The position numbers and the translations under genes were made by a program. A stretch of 64,000 bases of DNA, taken from assembly GCF_009914755.1 (NCBI RefSeq), contig NC_060942.1, one strand, 5' to 3'. The number at the start of each line of letters is the position of its first letter. Positions within the stretch are counted from its first letter, which is position 1. This document shows positions 14,120 through 30,499 of the stretch, in pieces. The notes beneath the pieces were generated by a model. The model was not told the DNA's origin. It searched no databases and saw only the letters and a program-made list of their open reading frames with translations. This DNA is from the human T2T-CHM13v2.0 reference genome, Homo sapiens.

Positions 14120-16935
14120 AAGAGTTAATATGCTCTTTAAAGCAATGGTTTCAAATAATGGGGTTTCCTTTAAATATAATGAAAATATTACCATATAGTT
14201 ATGGGAATAGATGCCACTGATAATTTTAGACCATAATTCAGAATCTGTCGATGAAAATTATTAGATAAGCCAAGACTGGGGATAATACCATTGGAACCTC
14301 ATGTTCTAGAAATTGATTCTTAAAGCTTGAATTTTAATAATGCTTAATAAGTGGTTTTTGATTTTGGTAGAAAGCTATCATAGGTATACTTAATATCAAC
14401 ATTTGTCTGATTAGAGATTTTATGACATAGGTACTTTATTCCCTTATTTTTTTTTTTTACCTTGAGTCCTTTGGTTGCACAAATAACTTTAAAAGAATAA
14501 AAAGTGATGAATATCTAACATCAAATCCTCCTTACTCTTCATTGCTGTCTCTAAGGATGGCAGGGCAACTGGGTGGATTTCCTCTGATCCATGAATGGTC
14601 CAGTCTGACAATGTGGTGGACAGACATGAAGTATAGGGACTGTAGCTTGGTTCATTTGCTCACCACGTGTCATAATAATTATTAGACCAGGTCAGTCCAG
14701 GGGCTCAACTAATGTGTCAATGGTATGGTTTTCATAAGCAACAAATATCAATTAAAAGGAAATTAGCATCTTACCTTTCAAGTCAAACATTAAGAAGTTA
14801 AGTCATTTTCCAAGGCAAATCAAAATAGATTTGATCAATTATTTGTATGCTTTATTACTTGGTTCAATTATTTACACTATTATATTAGTGATGGGGGTTT
14901 TCTGGGAATTTACTAAATATAAAACAATCAGAGAAACAAACAAAAACACTCTTTAAAGCAAAGTATTCCCTCTGTGAAAAAAACTATCAAGTATTAAAAT
15001 TAATTTGGTCTCTAACTAATGAAAACCTTTCTGGAAGAGTCCTATCATTTTCTTTGTGGCACCAAGGTTATTCATAATTAAAGGTTCTGACTTATTGCTA
15101 ATAAAAGATACCAAAAATGATCTGAGTCACTGCTAAAATTCACCTTGAATTTTGATTGAAAGAAAAAAACTGATAAATTGCATTCATCTCATTTCATTTA
15201 AACCTTGACGTGATGCTTTTAGAACTTACTGCTTTAATTTGAAGATACATTTGTAGGATTTTCCACTAAGTTCTTGATATTTTAGGGGGGAGACTTACAT
15301 GATTATTGGGATAAAGCTCCTTGTTTTATTCTTTGAATGGGTGTTCAACAGTAATGAAGGCAGCTAGAGAGGAGAGAGACGTCTTGACTTTCCCAATGCT
15401 CCACTCCCTGCAATCCCTAAACCCACCGTTTTTTCCTAGGCTACACACAACCACTGCATTCCAGCCTACACACATTGGGTTGGGTATAGACCAGTGTTTT
15501 TTACAACCTAAGATCTTTTTAGGGGATTGTTCCTACCAAGAAACAGAAAGAACTCTCTTTATGTGTTCAAAGCACTGAGCCGATACTTCCAAGTTCTTTC
15601 CGTTTCTTATCTCTTTAGTTACCTTAACCACAAACTAGGCTTGTCTGATCATGGTGCTGACACTAGGCTGTTCTCAGCCCTTGTCTGGCTTATCTCTTCC
15701 AAAATGGTAGATGTCTACCTCTCCCTGTCCCCTCAATCTCTGCCTCTACATGCTGTTTTGATACAATCCATCTTTCTCTTGTTTCACATAGACACTGGTC
15801 TTCATTACTCTGCACTCTGGGCATCAACCACTCACTTAGTCCCAGTTCTCAGTCAGACCAACTCTGTTCTAAACTAAGATACACATACGTATGTTAAAGG
15901 AAATGCTCAGTGACTTCTGTAAGACGTTGAAAATACTTTACATGCTTTACCACACTTTGAGGTTTAAGGGGACTCCCCCCACCCCAATTTCACTACCATT
16001 TGTGAGCTCATTTGGTCACACTCCCCCTGCAGAAAAGAACTTGCCCTATATCCCATTTCCTTACTAGCTAATCTTACCGGTTGGAGAATATAATGTTAAA
16101 ATGGAAAGTGCTACTACAACAAGCCATGATCTCAGAGATCCTTTTATATTAATAGAAGAATCCAGGAGATCAGGGCCTCAAAGGCAAACAAGTTACTACC
16201 TGATTTTTGAGTGAGTTAAGATTTGTAATACATCTTGTCTCTGTTCCAAATAGTGGTGGTGTTGGTGGGTGCATCTCAGGAAATAGAGGTAGTTGTGGGT
16301 GAAAGAAGTGAGGAGGAGTTGGGCCTGTAGCTCAAAGCAAAAGGTAATTGAATGCACATCCCCAAAATGGTAGGCTCAGGAAGCAAAGTACACTCCCATA
16401 CATCCAATCTGCTGGGGCTTCGTTAGGAACACAGAAGAGACCAACTGAAGGGAGATAACCAAGGCCAGGCAAGACCCAGCTAGTGCTTTGGAAGGCAGAG
16501 GCTGAAGATCTTTTCCAGGCCAAAGACATCCAGTTGATGGCAACCTCATCAATTTGCCAAGAGCTTGTCCTGCTCTTGTCTTGCCAAGAGCTTCTCTTGC
16601 TGTGAATGATGCCAGAGAAGGTAGGGGCCACAGTGAGTCAAGCACACTGCCAGTTACTCAGCTCACTAGATGCTGGATCCCCCTTCCTTTTTCCACTATT
16701 GAAAATTCATGCAAAGTGGCAGGTTTGTCACCTGCTGTTAGGGTTTCACAGAATTCTTCCTCTGCATATGCCTGTGACGATCTCCTTCCTACTGCCTGCC
16801 TCTCTCCAGCACTGCAGATAAGTGGATCTAGCGTGTTGTCTTGTACAGGGTAAGAGCCAAGCACGCATGCCTAGGTTGGTGAAAGTCTATTAGGAAGAAA
16901 CAACACATTCAGTAAGGAATAGTTAAAAATGACTT

Positions 16936-17270
16936 TCAGCATAAAAAGGAATGAATCAATGGCATTTGCAGCAACCTGGATGGGACTGCAGACTATTATT
17001 CTAAGTGATGTAACTCAGGAATGCTCTCAGTCATAAGTGGAAGCTAGGCTATGAAGCATAAGAATGATACAATGGACTTGGGGGACTCAGGGGAAAGGGT
17101 GGGAAGGGAGTGAGGAATAAAAGAAGACAAATTGGGTTCAGTGTATACTGCTCGGGTGATGGGTGCACCAAAATCTCACAAATCACCCCAAAGAACTTAC
17201 TCATGTAACCAAATACCACCTGTTCCCCAAAAACCTGTGGAAATAAAAAATTTTAAAAAAATAAATAAAA
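16936..17270 (+). mobile_element. L1PB-like 3' end
   Basis: atggcatttgcagcaacctggatgg...gggtgatgggtgcaccaaaatctcacaaatcacc...ggaaataaaaaa. Confidence 0.9.
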
Positions 17271-17469
17271 ATATGGACTAAGAAAAACTACATCATTATA
17301 AACCTAAACAGAAATTATCAATAATTCTTTCATAATAAAAAAGGAATATGTTTCCCATAAAAAAGGCTTTCAGGAAGAATATTGTTATGAAGAAAAGTTT
17401 AAGAAAAAGAGGCACCAATAACACAGGGCCCTGGACCTTCATACATGATATCATTCAGCAATACTTTGC

Positions 17470-17905
17470 TGGCTCTGTGTCATACATCTGTCTCTTGGCT
17501 CTGATCTCTTTCTTGCCCTTACCAAAGGGCTCACTGCAAACTGTATTTCCCAGCCTCCCTTACAATTGGCTTGAGTTAGGTTCAAAAAATTAGATAGTAA
17601 CTTGTTTGTCCTTCAGTGGGAGGCTTGGTGGGAGCAAGAGAGAAGTCAGGGTGTTTCTTCTGCTCTGCCTCAAGTGGCTCCATCTCTTTGTAGCTCCGGA
17701 CCTGGGGCTTCAGTGGTCTCAGGACCCAGCTGTGGCTCTGGGTTCTGGGTACCTTTTCCCTGTGACTTCACACCACAGGTCTAGGTTGTGTAGGCTTCCT
17801 GCTGCTAATCTGTTTTCTAGCCCTTCCCACCATCTTGGTAACAATTCCTTCTCTTAAATCACGTGATGTGGGTTCTGCCTTCCTCACAGGACCCTGGCTG
17901 TTATA
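17470..17905 (+). mobile_element. ERVL solo LTR (LTR33/LTR16-like)
   Basis: actgtatttcccagcctccctt motif and terminal ggttctgccttcctcacaggaccctggctgttata. Confidence 0.55.
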
Positions 17906-18599
17906 TCCCCATTATTTTACTATAGGAAATTTCACCAGCAGAGCGCCTCTTTGTCGATGCAGGACATCCTCTCTGAGTTATGTCTGGACTGGTTGTATAT
18001 AGTTGACCCAATATAATGTGCAATTGTATTTAACATCACATAAGCAAAATATTTGACACAAACACAAGCTTATATTTTGTTCTAAAAATCTGTTATTTTC
18101 TAAGAAGATCATTTATAATATGGGTGAGATGTTAGTAATGATTACACCAAATAGCATAAATCACACTGGAAAAATATATCTTATTGAAGACCACCTGTCT
18201 ACACCTTTTTTAGTCCACATGATATTTTGTTTCTTTAAGGAACACAAATTCATTTATATAAATCCCAAAACACAGATGGTAGGTGCTAGGAAAAACATTA
18301 GAATAGATGCAGCCTTTTAACAATATCTGAGATTTGAAGGCACAGTGAGAAGTGAGTTCTATATTACTGAGATTTTTTCATACCAACTAAACATCTCCAT
18401 GTTCAAGAACAATCTGATCTAGGCTCTTTGCCTATTGGATTTACCACTTAAAGAATAATAGCTTGAGTACCCCTAAAAATCCCACAAAATGAGTTAATTA
18501 TGACAGAAACTCCAAAAAAAGAGGCAGAGCCAGTATTTCATTATTTGTGGAGAGTTGTGCAACCATCTTTGCTGGTTTCAAAGTAAGGAATATGTTCAC

Positions 18600-18947
18600 A
18601 CACATATACTTCCTGCTGGAATGATGTTTTCTCTCCTACCTGGTTAACACCTCTCATCCTTCAAATCTTGAGCCAGTTAGCACCTCTTCATGGAGTCAAA
18701 TCCCCTCTGGAACAACAGAGTGTGCCAGTACCAGGCCTAACCTCAGAAGCACATATCACACTGAAGTCTGTACTTCTTTGCTAGATTATTGGATTAGCAT
18801 CTTTCTTTCCCATGACAGAGCAAGCCTCCTGAGGGCAAGGACTGTTTCCAATGTTGCTTATGACTATTTTCCTTGTGAATAGCACATGCTAAATACTCAG
18901 TGCAAACCAGTCAAATGAGTGAATGAATGAATGAATGAATGATGAAC
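18600..18947 (+). mobile_element. L2 LINE 3' end with (TGAA)n tail
   Basis: aagcctcctgagggcaaggactg...gagtgaatgaatgaatgaatgaatga. Confidence 0.75.
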
Positions 18948-19915
18948 ATTCATTGAGAACAGAACTTCTCAAGCTTCAGAAGTGGTGATGGCACTGGAAC
19001 CAGCCCTGATATCTGCTGGGAGTGCTCCACAGCTTTTCTGAACGCTGCTTCCATTTACCCTAGTCTGAGGCAGACTCACCTGGCAAAGATTATCTGATTT
19101 TTTACCAGCCCTTAGAAGGGACTGTTTTTTATTGTGTATTCTAATTGTAGTGTTACAATAAAACTGAAAGAGAATTTTGATAGGTCAGCAATTTAAAGAA
19201 AAAATATAGGTATTGATATGAATGAACTATACGGGCTGACAGTTATCTATGGTCAAGGAATGACAAGACTGGAGGAGAGTCCAAACCTGAGAGAACAGAT
19301 GAGAAAGTGTCCCTTAAACAGCACATGAAGGCAAATCATCATTCAGCTCAGAAGTTACCTTTTCTGCACTTCCTATTTAAAAAGTCAATGTTTTGGGGTC
19401 AGCAGAGCCTAGACAACAATGGAAGAAAACTCATTTAGTTCCTACATGTTTGCCCCATGGTGTAAGACTAATGCAATTGATCTAGAGCTGATTTAAGCAT
19501 TAACATTCTAACCAGAACAAAATTAGCAAGTTAAAACGTGACAGTGGTTTTGCAGTGGTTCTGCATTTTCAGTACTAACCTCACATTACACACATATACA
19601 AACACATACATCAAAATACTTCTGGGGAAGGAATCTTCTAATATATTTAAGTTCATATCTTCTAATTCTTAAATGGTTGATGTGTAATTATAGTGTAAAG
19701 GTGTCTCTTGATGGATAAATAGAAAACTTTTGGACAATAGCTGTCAAAGTAATTTGAAAATGATGTACTGGTTCTTCATTTTTCCTTTTGTTTGATTTAT
19801 TTGTTTATTGATTGGTCCAGCTCTTCAGCTGAATTTAATTTCAAATGTATCCACTAAATTTTTTTGTAATTTCAAGAAACTCTGGTTTACAGAGAAGAAA
19901 AGTTGAGTTGGCCTA

Positions 19916-20289
19916 TTATATGGTTTGGCTGTGTCTTTATCTAAATCTCATCTTGAATTGTAATCTGAATTGTAATTCCTACGTGTTGGGAGAGGGACCT
20001 GGTGGGAGGTGATTGGAATATGGGAGCGGTTCCCCCATGCTGTTCTCCATGATAGTGAGCAAGTTCTTAAGAGATCTGATGGTTTTATAAGGAGCTCTTC
20101 CCCCTTCACACATTTTTTTCTCTCTTGTTGCTTTGTGAAGAGAGTACCTGCTTCCCCTTATGCCATGATCGTAAGTTTCCTGAGGCTTCTCCAGCCATGC
20201 AGAACTGTGAGTCGATTAAACCTTTTTTGTTTATAAATTACCCAGTCTCGGGTAGTATCTTTATAGCAGTGTGAAAATGGACTAATACA
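19916..20289 (+). mobile_element. THE1D/MSTA-like MaLR solo LTR
   Basis: Starts ttatatggtttggctgtgtc, ends aaaatggactaataca; 5-bp TSD gccta/accta. Confidence 0.92.
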
Positions 20290-21509
20290 ACCTATTAACT
20301 GAGTATCAGTTTTACTGAAGATTTAGGTTATTAGAATTATTAAGACATTTTATGGAAAACACAGGATGGTAGAAAAACGTAGAGAAATTTCTATAATAGA
20401 GAGATAGTTAGGAATGTTATATTACATTCTTGCTAGTGATTAGTCGGTTTATAAGATGGATTCTAAAACTATGCGTAGGAGCATTTGACTGAAGTTAATT
20501 AACATGACTCAGATCATACAGTTTGGGGAAGAAAAAAGCATTTCCCCTCCTGAGGGATGATTTTTTACTGCTTTTATCTTTTAATGCCAGATGGGAAAAT
20601 ATCAAGGAAGTTCGCTTTAATCTCCTTAGCTCTTTATTAGGATGTGTCATATAATGGTACTCTGGCTCATTGGGACCAACCCTATACTCTTGGGGGGAGG
20701 ATTCCCACTGAGGACGAAGGCTGTTTTAACTTCACACTATTGACCACTCCCCCTAGTGATTTGCATTAACCAGGTGCCTGAATGGAGATAACAGGGTGGC
20801 ATCGGACCACGGCAAAGGGTTGATTTCCCACTTGGGTGAACTGGTTGATCATGGCCACAAACCTGTAGCCTCAGCCCCACTTAGCCTAGTGTTGCTATTG
20901 AGCCAAGGGGTGACACAGAAGAGCATGCTGAGGGTAGGAACAAAACCATGGTAAGTGGAGAGAAAAGGGTAAATGTTAATCATTTAACTGAACATATACT
21001 CATTGGTCAAGCTTCAATGAGATTATCTTGCATAAAGAAAGATGTCTATTGAATGAAATAAGTGTATGAAAGATGTTAGAGGGTACTGAACAATTGTCTT
21101 TATTGCTACAGAATCAGAAGCAATGGAAAACAATTATAGGCAGGAGAGAGTTTACAATAAGTAAATAAGCACTTGGAATCTCTTTCACCCACCCAGGACG
21201 GATGGCTACATGCCACCTTCTTGATGTCCAGGGCCATTTTTCCTCTTAACTACTGAAGGATTCATCTGCTTCTTTTCCTAAGTTCCTACCAGGGCTAGAC
21301 TCTGTGTTCTGCCCTTGGAAGACTGAAAGCCATCTCTAAGTTTATTAGTTGTATATCGAATATGCAAAACAGAAAGCAGCCTAAATTTTTCAAAAGTTAA
21401 TTGTCCTGAGAAATTGCTTTACCTCAGATTTTTGAGTAACTTATTCTTTAGCTCCTGAAATGGTATGTCCCAGAGTTCTGCTCTGTATTTTCCAAAGGGA
21501 AAATATTTT

Positions 21510-22097
21510 TAAATTCCTATAAGTTTAGGGGGTATAAGCATACGTTTCTTACATGCATATATTGTATAGTGGTGGAGTCTGGGCCTTCAGCATACCCATC
21601 ACCCAAATAGTGACCATTGCATGCAATAGGTAATTTTCAACACTCAGTCCCCCTCCCACCCTGCCACCTTTTATAGTCTCCAGTGTTTATTATTTCATTC
21701 GATATGTCTATGTGTGCCCTTTGTTTAGCACTAATTTGTAAGTGAGAACAAGTGGTATTTAACTTTGTGTTTCTGAGATATTTCACTTAGGATAATGGCC
21801 CCCAGCTCCATCCATGTTGCTGTAAAAGACATGATTTCATTCTTTTTTATGGCTGAGTAGTATTCCATCATATATATGTACACTACATTTTCTTATCCAA
21901 TAATCTGTTGATGGACACTTAGGTTGATTCCATATCTTTGCTATTGTGATTAGCGCTGAGATAAACATATAAGTGCAAGTATATTTTTGATATAATGATT
22001 TCTTTCTCTTTGGTTATATACCCAGTAGTTTTTGGATTGCTGAATTGAATGGTTGTTCTATTTTTAGTTCTTTGACAAATTTCCATAGTGTTTTTAA
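21510..22097 (-). mobile_element. L1PB/L1MA 3' end
   Basis: ctccatccatgttgctgtaaaagacatgatttcattcttttttatggctgagtagtattcc; ttgatggacacttaggttgattccatatc. Confidence 0.9.
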
Positions 22098-23039
22098 ATG
22101 GAAATATTTTCACCATTAAAATAGTGATGCTTAAAGGATGATGGTATGGCATCTGATATTTCAATCAGTCTGAAACATACTCTAATCTTTTATGGCATCT
22201 CTAAACTAGTAAGATGGGAAAAAATGGCCGGAGAGATTCCATGGCTTGGATAAAGTTGTTCCATCTGAGGCCTTGTGCTTGGAGCTCTTTATCATCATCA
22301 CCATCGGATTGTCCTGAGGAAGGGAAATCACTTCTAACATTACTGTTATAAGGAATATTTCATCACTTGCTTTTAATATTAGGTAAATATTGATATTTGG
22401 GTTTTCTCTTAATATATAAAAGTTATAGACAATTGTTTATCATTCAAAGTAAGAAGGTATTTTTATTTTAATAAAGGAAATGGTCAAATGTGGAAAAGAT
22501 AAAGACTTCAAGAATTAAGAGATCAAGTATTTTTTTAAAGTTATCTTCCTAAAAACATATTATCTTAAAAATATTTCTCATTTCATAATAAATTAGAACT
22601 ATGTTCATGGGATTCCACTTGAGGGACAAAAATAAAAGGCCCCACAGGGATTTCAGAAGCTCTGATACTAAGCTGCCAAAACAGGATTTTTGATGTTAAG
22701 TGGTGTGAACAGATCTTATTTTAATTGACACATTTGAAGACGAGTAATAGGATGTGTGAAGGATGAAACTGAATGTACTTCAATGAACATTAAACAATAT
22801 TTTTACTAGTAAGTAAAATAATAAAACTATTTCACACAAGAAGGTGTCAGTCACACTTAATTATTTTTTAAGCAAAAAGTTATGTGACTTATCTCTCCAG
22901 TGCCACAGCATTGTGTTCAAATAAAGGGAAAGTCTCAGAATTATCTATAAGAAACAAGTGAAGGAGCCTTTTCAGATGATGATAAATACAAGATTAGGAA
23001 CTTTTCAAAGGGTCTATAAATCACTAAAGGGATGAGATA

Positions 23040-24660
<1,621 letters not shown>

Positions 24661-24669
24661 CCTTTAACA

Positions 24670-24969
24670 TTTTTTTTTCCTTTTTTTTTGAGACGGAGTC
24701 TCGCTCTGTCGCCCAGGCTGGAGTGCAGTGGCGTGATCTGGCTCACTGCAAGCTCCGCCTCCCGGGTTCACGCCATTCTCCTGCCTCAGCCTCCCCAGTA
24801 GCTGGGACTACAGTCACCCGCCACCATGCCCAGCTAACTTTTTGTATTTTTAGTAGAGATGGGTTTTCGCCGTGTTAGCCAGGATGGTCTCAATCTCCTG
24901 ACCTCGTGATCCACCCGCCTTGGCCTCCCAAAGTGCTGGGATTATAGAAGTGAACCACCACGCCCGGCC
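24670..24969 (-). mobile_element. AluY inserted at the tail of an AluJ
   Basis: Y-type gcaagctccgcctcccgggttcacgccattc, cgtgttagccaggatggtctc, cctcgtgatcc. Confidence 0.95.
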
Positions 24970-24971
24970 TA

Positions 24972-25273
24972 TTTTTCCTTTTCTTTTAGACAGGGTCTCG
25001 CTCTGTCACCCAGGCTGGATGGAGTGCAGTGATGCAATCTCAGCTCACTGCCACCTCAGCCTCCTGGGCTCAAGTGATCCTTCTACCTCAGCCTCCTGAA
25101 TAGCTGGGACTATAGGTGCACACAACCACACCTGGCTAATTTTTGTATTTTTTTGTAGAGATGGGGTCTTACTATGTTGCCCAGGCTTGTCTCAAACTCC
25201 TGGGCTCAAGTAGTCCACTTGCCTCAGCCTCCCAAAGTGCCGGGATTACAGGCATGAACCACCACACTCTGCC
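24972..25273 (-). mobile_element. AluJ
   Basis: gacagggtctcgc...cctgggctcaagtgatcc...gcccaggcttgtctcaaactcctgggctcaag. Confidence 0.93.
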
Positions 25274-25314
25274 AACATTTCTTATTTACTCATCTCTTTT
25301 CCAGGATTTGAAAC

Positions 25315-25803
25315 TGCAATAGACAAAATAATGGTCCCCCAAGACATTCATGTTCTAATCCCCAGGACCTGTGAATATTTACTTTACATGGCAACAGGGA
25401 CTTTGCAGAGGGGATTAAGTTAATCTCGAGATGTGGAGATTATCCTGGACGATCCATGTGGGCCAATGTAATTATCAGAGTTCTTATAAGAGAAAGAGAA
25501 GAACAAGAGAGTCAGAGCCAGAGACTGATTTGAAGATGCTTTGCTGCTGAGTTTGGAGATGGAAGAAGGAGCCAGGAGCCAAGGAATGCTGGTGGCCCCT
25601 GGAAGCCTGTAAGGGAAAAGGCAAGGGAAAAGCCCTCCCCTAGAGCCTGTAAAGGAACACAGCCCTGTGGACACCTTAACTGACAGCCCAGTGAAACCTC
25701 TTTTGAATTTCTGACCTCTGGAACTGTGGAATGACAAACTTATGTTGTTTTAAGCCACTAAGCTTGTGGTAATTTGTTATAGCAGCACTAGGAAATTAAT
25801 ACA
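25315..25803 (+). mobile_element. MLT1C/D MaLR solo LTR
   Basis: aataatggtcccccaaagac...gggactttgcag...ttgttttaagccactaagcttgtggtaatttgttatagcagcactaggaaattaataca. Confidence 0.9.
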
Positions 25804-26216
25804 CTTACATTCAGGGGATGACACGTTCTAACTGACTGATTAACCACATAGATTTTACATGTATCTTAGATATTTTTAAAATCGTTAGACATTTGTTAAT
25901 ATCCACACTACTAATCCCTTTCTATTTACTATAAATTAATCTTGAAAAAAAATTACATTTTCTGCTTCAAGATTATTTTATTACTTTATTATTTACTTAC
26001 TAAATAATTTAAAATCATTGATGATTAAAAGCTATTGTCATTGTAGCAAATCACTCAAATTCATAGTTGATAGAAATTGAAGGAATTTCTATCTTAGTCA
26101 TTCATCTCTCTTGCATATTAAATTATATGGAGCCCAGTATGGGAATCCTAAAGTGTGTATTTGATAAAGGTACCTTGTTCAGTGGAGTCATTTTTACATT
26201 CTTCCCTATTCCATAC

Positions 26217-26530
<314 letters not shown>

Positions 26531-27676
26531 TTATTACATACTTTTAAAAACAGCAACTATAATATGGAAGCAGGGGTTATGTATGCCTGTAATCCCAAAG
26601 TGCTGGGATTACAGGTGTGAGCCAGTGCACTTGGCCTTAGTCCATACTTTTAAAAACAACTACAATAAGGAAGTTATGTATGCATGATAAGGAGGTAGAA
26701 GAAGCAGGACTTTGGGGACAGTCTCATATGACAGCTGGGACTTCAATACTATTGTGAAGAGAGATTGCAAATTAGGATAAGCAAAAAAAAAAAAAAAAAA
26801 GAGGACAGTATGAACAAGAAGTCTTCTGGCTAAGTCAAGTACTCAAGATTGGCCAAGAAAACAAATGAAAGATTCATTAAAGGCAATGAAGAGAGTTCAC
26901 AGTTTGAGAAACAGAAGGCCTTAGAGAGTTTAATCCTCTTTACAAAAAAAAAAAAAAAAGGCTTTGTGGCAGGTTTTCTGGTATTTGAGAATCTGGAGTT
27001 ATAAACAGGATGCTTCCTGCAGCATTATTCCTCTTACCTGGACTGCCTCCAGGCATTGGGAGGAACTTCTCACTGACAGCTTCTCAGGAGCTGATGAGTA
27101 GCCAGTAGTTAAAGCCCCAGGTGAGCATCGTCCTCCCGTTTGACTTTAGTCTGTGGTGCCAGATTTTTCCCAAGCAAGTCCTGTGCTTTGACATTTGATG
27201 CATTTCTGAAGTGGACTGCCTGTAATATCTCAAGGAAGGCTTCTAGTTATCTTATTCTTAGACCTCGAACCTTCCCCTTTCAAGCATGAAACCAAAAAAG
27301 CAAAGTGTGATGTTGGGTCACTTTGCTGCTTCTACCCACCAAAAGTTTGTGTCCAACCTAGTTGAAAGATTTCTTTCAAGCACAGATGAAATTTCAGCAC
27401 CACATTATATTCTCATTCAATGAACACAGCTCTTCTTGTCAGTATTAAATTAGTAGCCAGTAGGCTAACTTCTACATCCTTATAATCGCCTCAGTTTTTT
27501 TTTTGAAAGAGGCAGAAATATTTCTGCTCAATATTTTAAGACTCAATTTTAGCGAGAGGAATCTTTAAAGAGCTGTACCTGACCTTGTCTTTAGGTCCTT
27601 TTGTTTACCTGAAACGTCTACACTCTCTTTTGCACAGTTTTTCTTCAAACCTATTAGACTTTCTTGTGGTTTAGAC

Positions 27677-28326
<650 letters not shown>

Positions 28327-28672
28327 CTAGCGTCTCTCCCTTCACAGACCTCAGGAAAATCCTCCCCTGAGTATTATCTCCAGTATCTTTAACTTTCCAC
28401 TGGATTCTTTTTCTCTGCCTTGAAACATGCACAGCACTCCCTTGAAAACTCTTCACTTGAATTGTAACCACTTTACGTTTCATTTCTCAATTTCCTATCC
28501 CTGATCAGCTCTTTAAATAAAACACAAGGCTTTTTCATTGCATTTGCTGTTGCTGACTCCTTGCTGCTTCCCCACCTTAGGTGCCTTTTCCTATTGTCTG
28601 CTAGGTCTCTTCTTGTGTCTCCTTTGCTGATTCATTGCACTCTGACCCCTAAGAGAAGGAGGTCGGGGAAGC

Positions 28673-29055
28673 CAGCGGTTCCCACACTTTATAGAGTGCC
28701 TCTCCTGGAGGGCTTCTTACAACTTAAATTGCTTTAGCCAGGCATGGTGGCCTGTACCTATAGTCCCAGCTAATGGGGGTTGGGGAAGAGGGGGTTGATG
28801 GGGGAAGCCCAGGAGTTTGAGGCTGCGGCTATGATTGTGCCACTGCACTCCAGCCTGGGTGACAGAGCGGAGACCCCCATCTCTAAAAAAATAATAACAT
28901 AAAGAAACAAAAACTTGAAACCTAAATTGCTGTGCCGTACCTCCAGAGTTTCTGATTCTAGACATCCGGGGTGAAGGCGAAGAATTTGCATTTCTAGTGA
29001 GTTCCCAGGTGAAGCCGAGGCTGTTAGTCTGGGGACCACACTTTGAGAACCACTG
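28673..29055. mobile_element. MER5A hAT-Charlie MITE, split by an Alu monomer
   Basis: Ends cagcggttccca... and ...ctttgagaaccactg; gaatttgcatttcta..agttcccaggtga core. Confidence 0.85.
28734..28918 (+). mobile_element. Alu right monomer (5'-truncated AluJ or FRAM)
   Basis: ttagccaggcatggtgg...ccactgcactccagcctgggtgacagag; TSD aacttaaattgct / aacctaaattgct. Confidence 0.88.
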
Positions 29056-30499
29056 TGAGGTTCAGTCCTCGGCGCCTCTAGCCTTGCTCCCTGCAGGTGC
29101 CTGCTCCCCAGCCAGGCCCCCTCTTGCAGTTGTGGGAAGCTCGATTCTGTGCAGTGTCCAGGTGGCCTGGGCCTTGGAGTTGACTGGCCCTCATGGTGTC
29201 ACGGCTGACCTTGTATTAGTGAATCCTGGTACATGGGAAATGAACTTCTTCTGGCCAGTGATTGGTTCTGACAAATGAGACCTGGGGTTAGGGGGAGTCC
29301 AGGAGGTTTTCTTACTCTGGAAAAGAGACACGAGGCTGGCTTGTTCTCTTCCTGCTTCTGGACACTGTGGCCTGGGGGCATCACCCAGAACTACGAGTCG
29401 CCCTGGGCCGCTGGGGGAGCAGGCCACAGAGGCCAAGCCGCACACTAACCTCAGACACAGAGAGGGAAGACAGAAGGGCTCCGGAGCCCTGAGGAGTTCA
29501 CTGAGCAAGGAAGGGAGCATCCTGAGGCCTCTCTCCTGCGGTATGAGTGACAGTGGGTACACACCTCCTTTGGGCCATTTGTAGCTAGGTTTTCTGGTAC
29601 TTACTGCAGGAAACCTCCAACACTTCAAAAGCTCCCACCTTTTCCTCCTCCAATTGCTATGTCTGGTTGGCTTTTTTCTGAAGCCTTTTTGCAATCCCAC
29701 TTCTTTCTGTACTGAATTCTCTCCCTCCTCCCCGTCTTTCTTGCTCTGTCAAAGATGAGAGCAGGCCAGTCCCTGACATTTTCAGGACTTAGGACGGGAA
29801 TACAAATGAAAGGTCCTGGCCCTCTGCCCCACCCATTTCTCTTCCCACACCTGGATCCACACCATACCATGAGCAGGATACACAAGGGCACCAGCGAGTG
29901 TGTCCAGGTTTTGTCCATCACTCCCTCCTCCCAGCAAAACCTCACTCCTTGGCCATCCTTCATCCAAGGAGGGCACACACTGATGCCTGGTCAGCAGTGG
30001 GAGGGCAGACCTGGAGAACAGCTTTGCAGGCCTTGGAAGGGGCCTCAGGGCCAACTGACTGGGAATTCTACCATCCCAGGTACCTGGAGCATGGCCCACA
30101 AGTGGGGCAAGGGGAAGCATGGGCTTGGGGGCCTGCAGACTCATCATGCTGCTGTGAGGGGCATGGACAGAGGAAAGCCACAGAGGGGTCTTCTGACACA
30201 GGGCACAGGACAGTGGCTTGGGTTGCTCAGGTTTCAGGGAGGACTGGATGCAGGATGCTAACATGATTGACCAGGTTCTTGGACTCTGAGTCACATACAG
30301 TAAAGGATCCCTTCGCCGTGTATTAACAGGTCATGGGCAACACTTTGATCTTTCTTTGGTACAAGACAGTAGAAGATATTACCTTAGGATATTGATTCTC
30401 AAAAAGATCTGGGAATTTTTGCTTGAGATTAAAAAAATATATATGATGCACAATCAGGCAGTTACGTCTCAGTGGTAAGAATTTTTGTTTGCTACCACT

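Noticed and set aside
29191-30294. Cluster of 117-170-aa ORFs on both strands
   Set aside because: A locally GC-rich patch lowers stop frequency; the peptides are unrelated to any family I recognise and overlap antisense.
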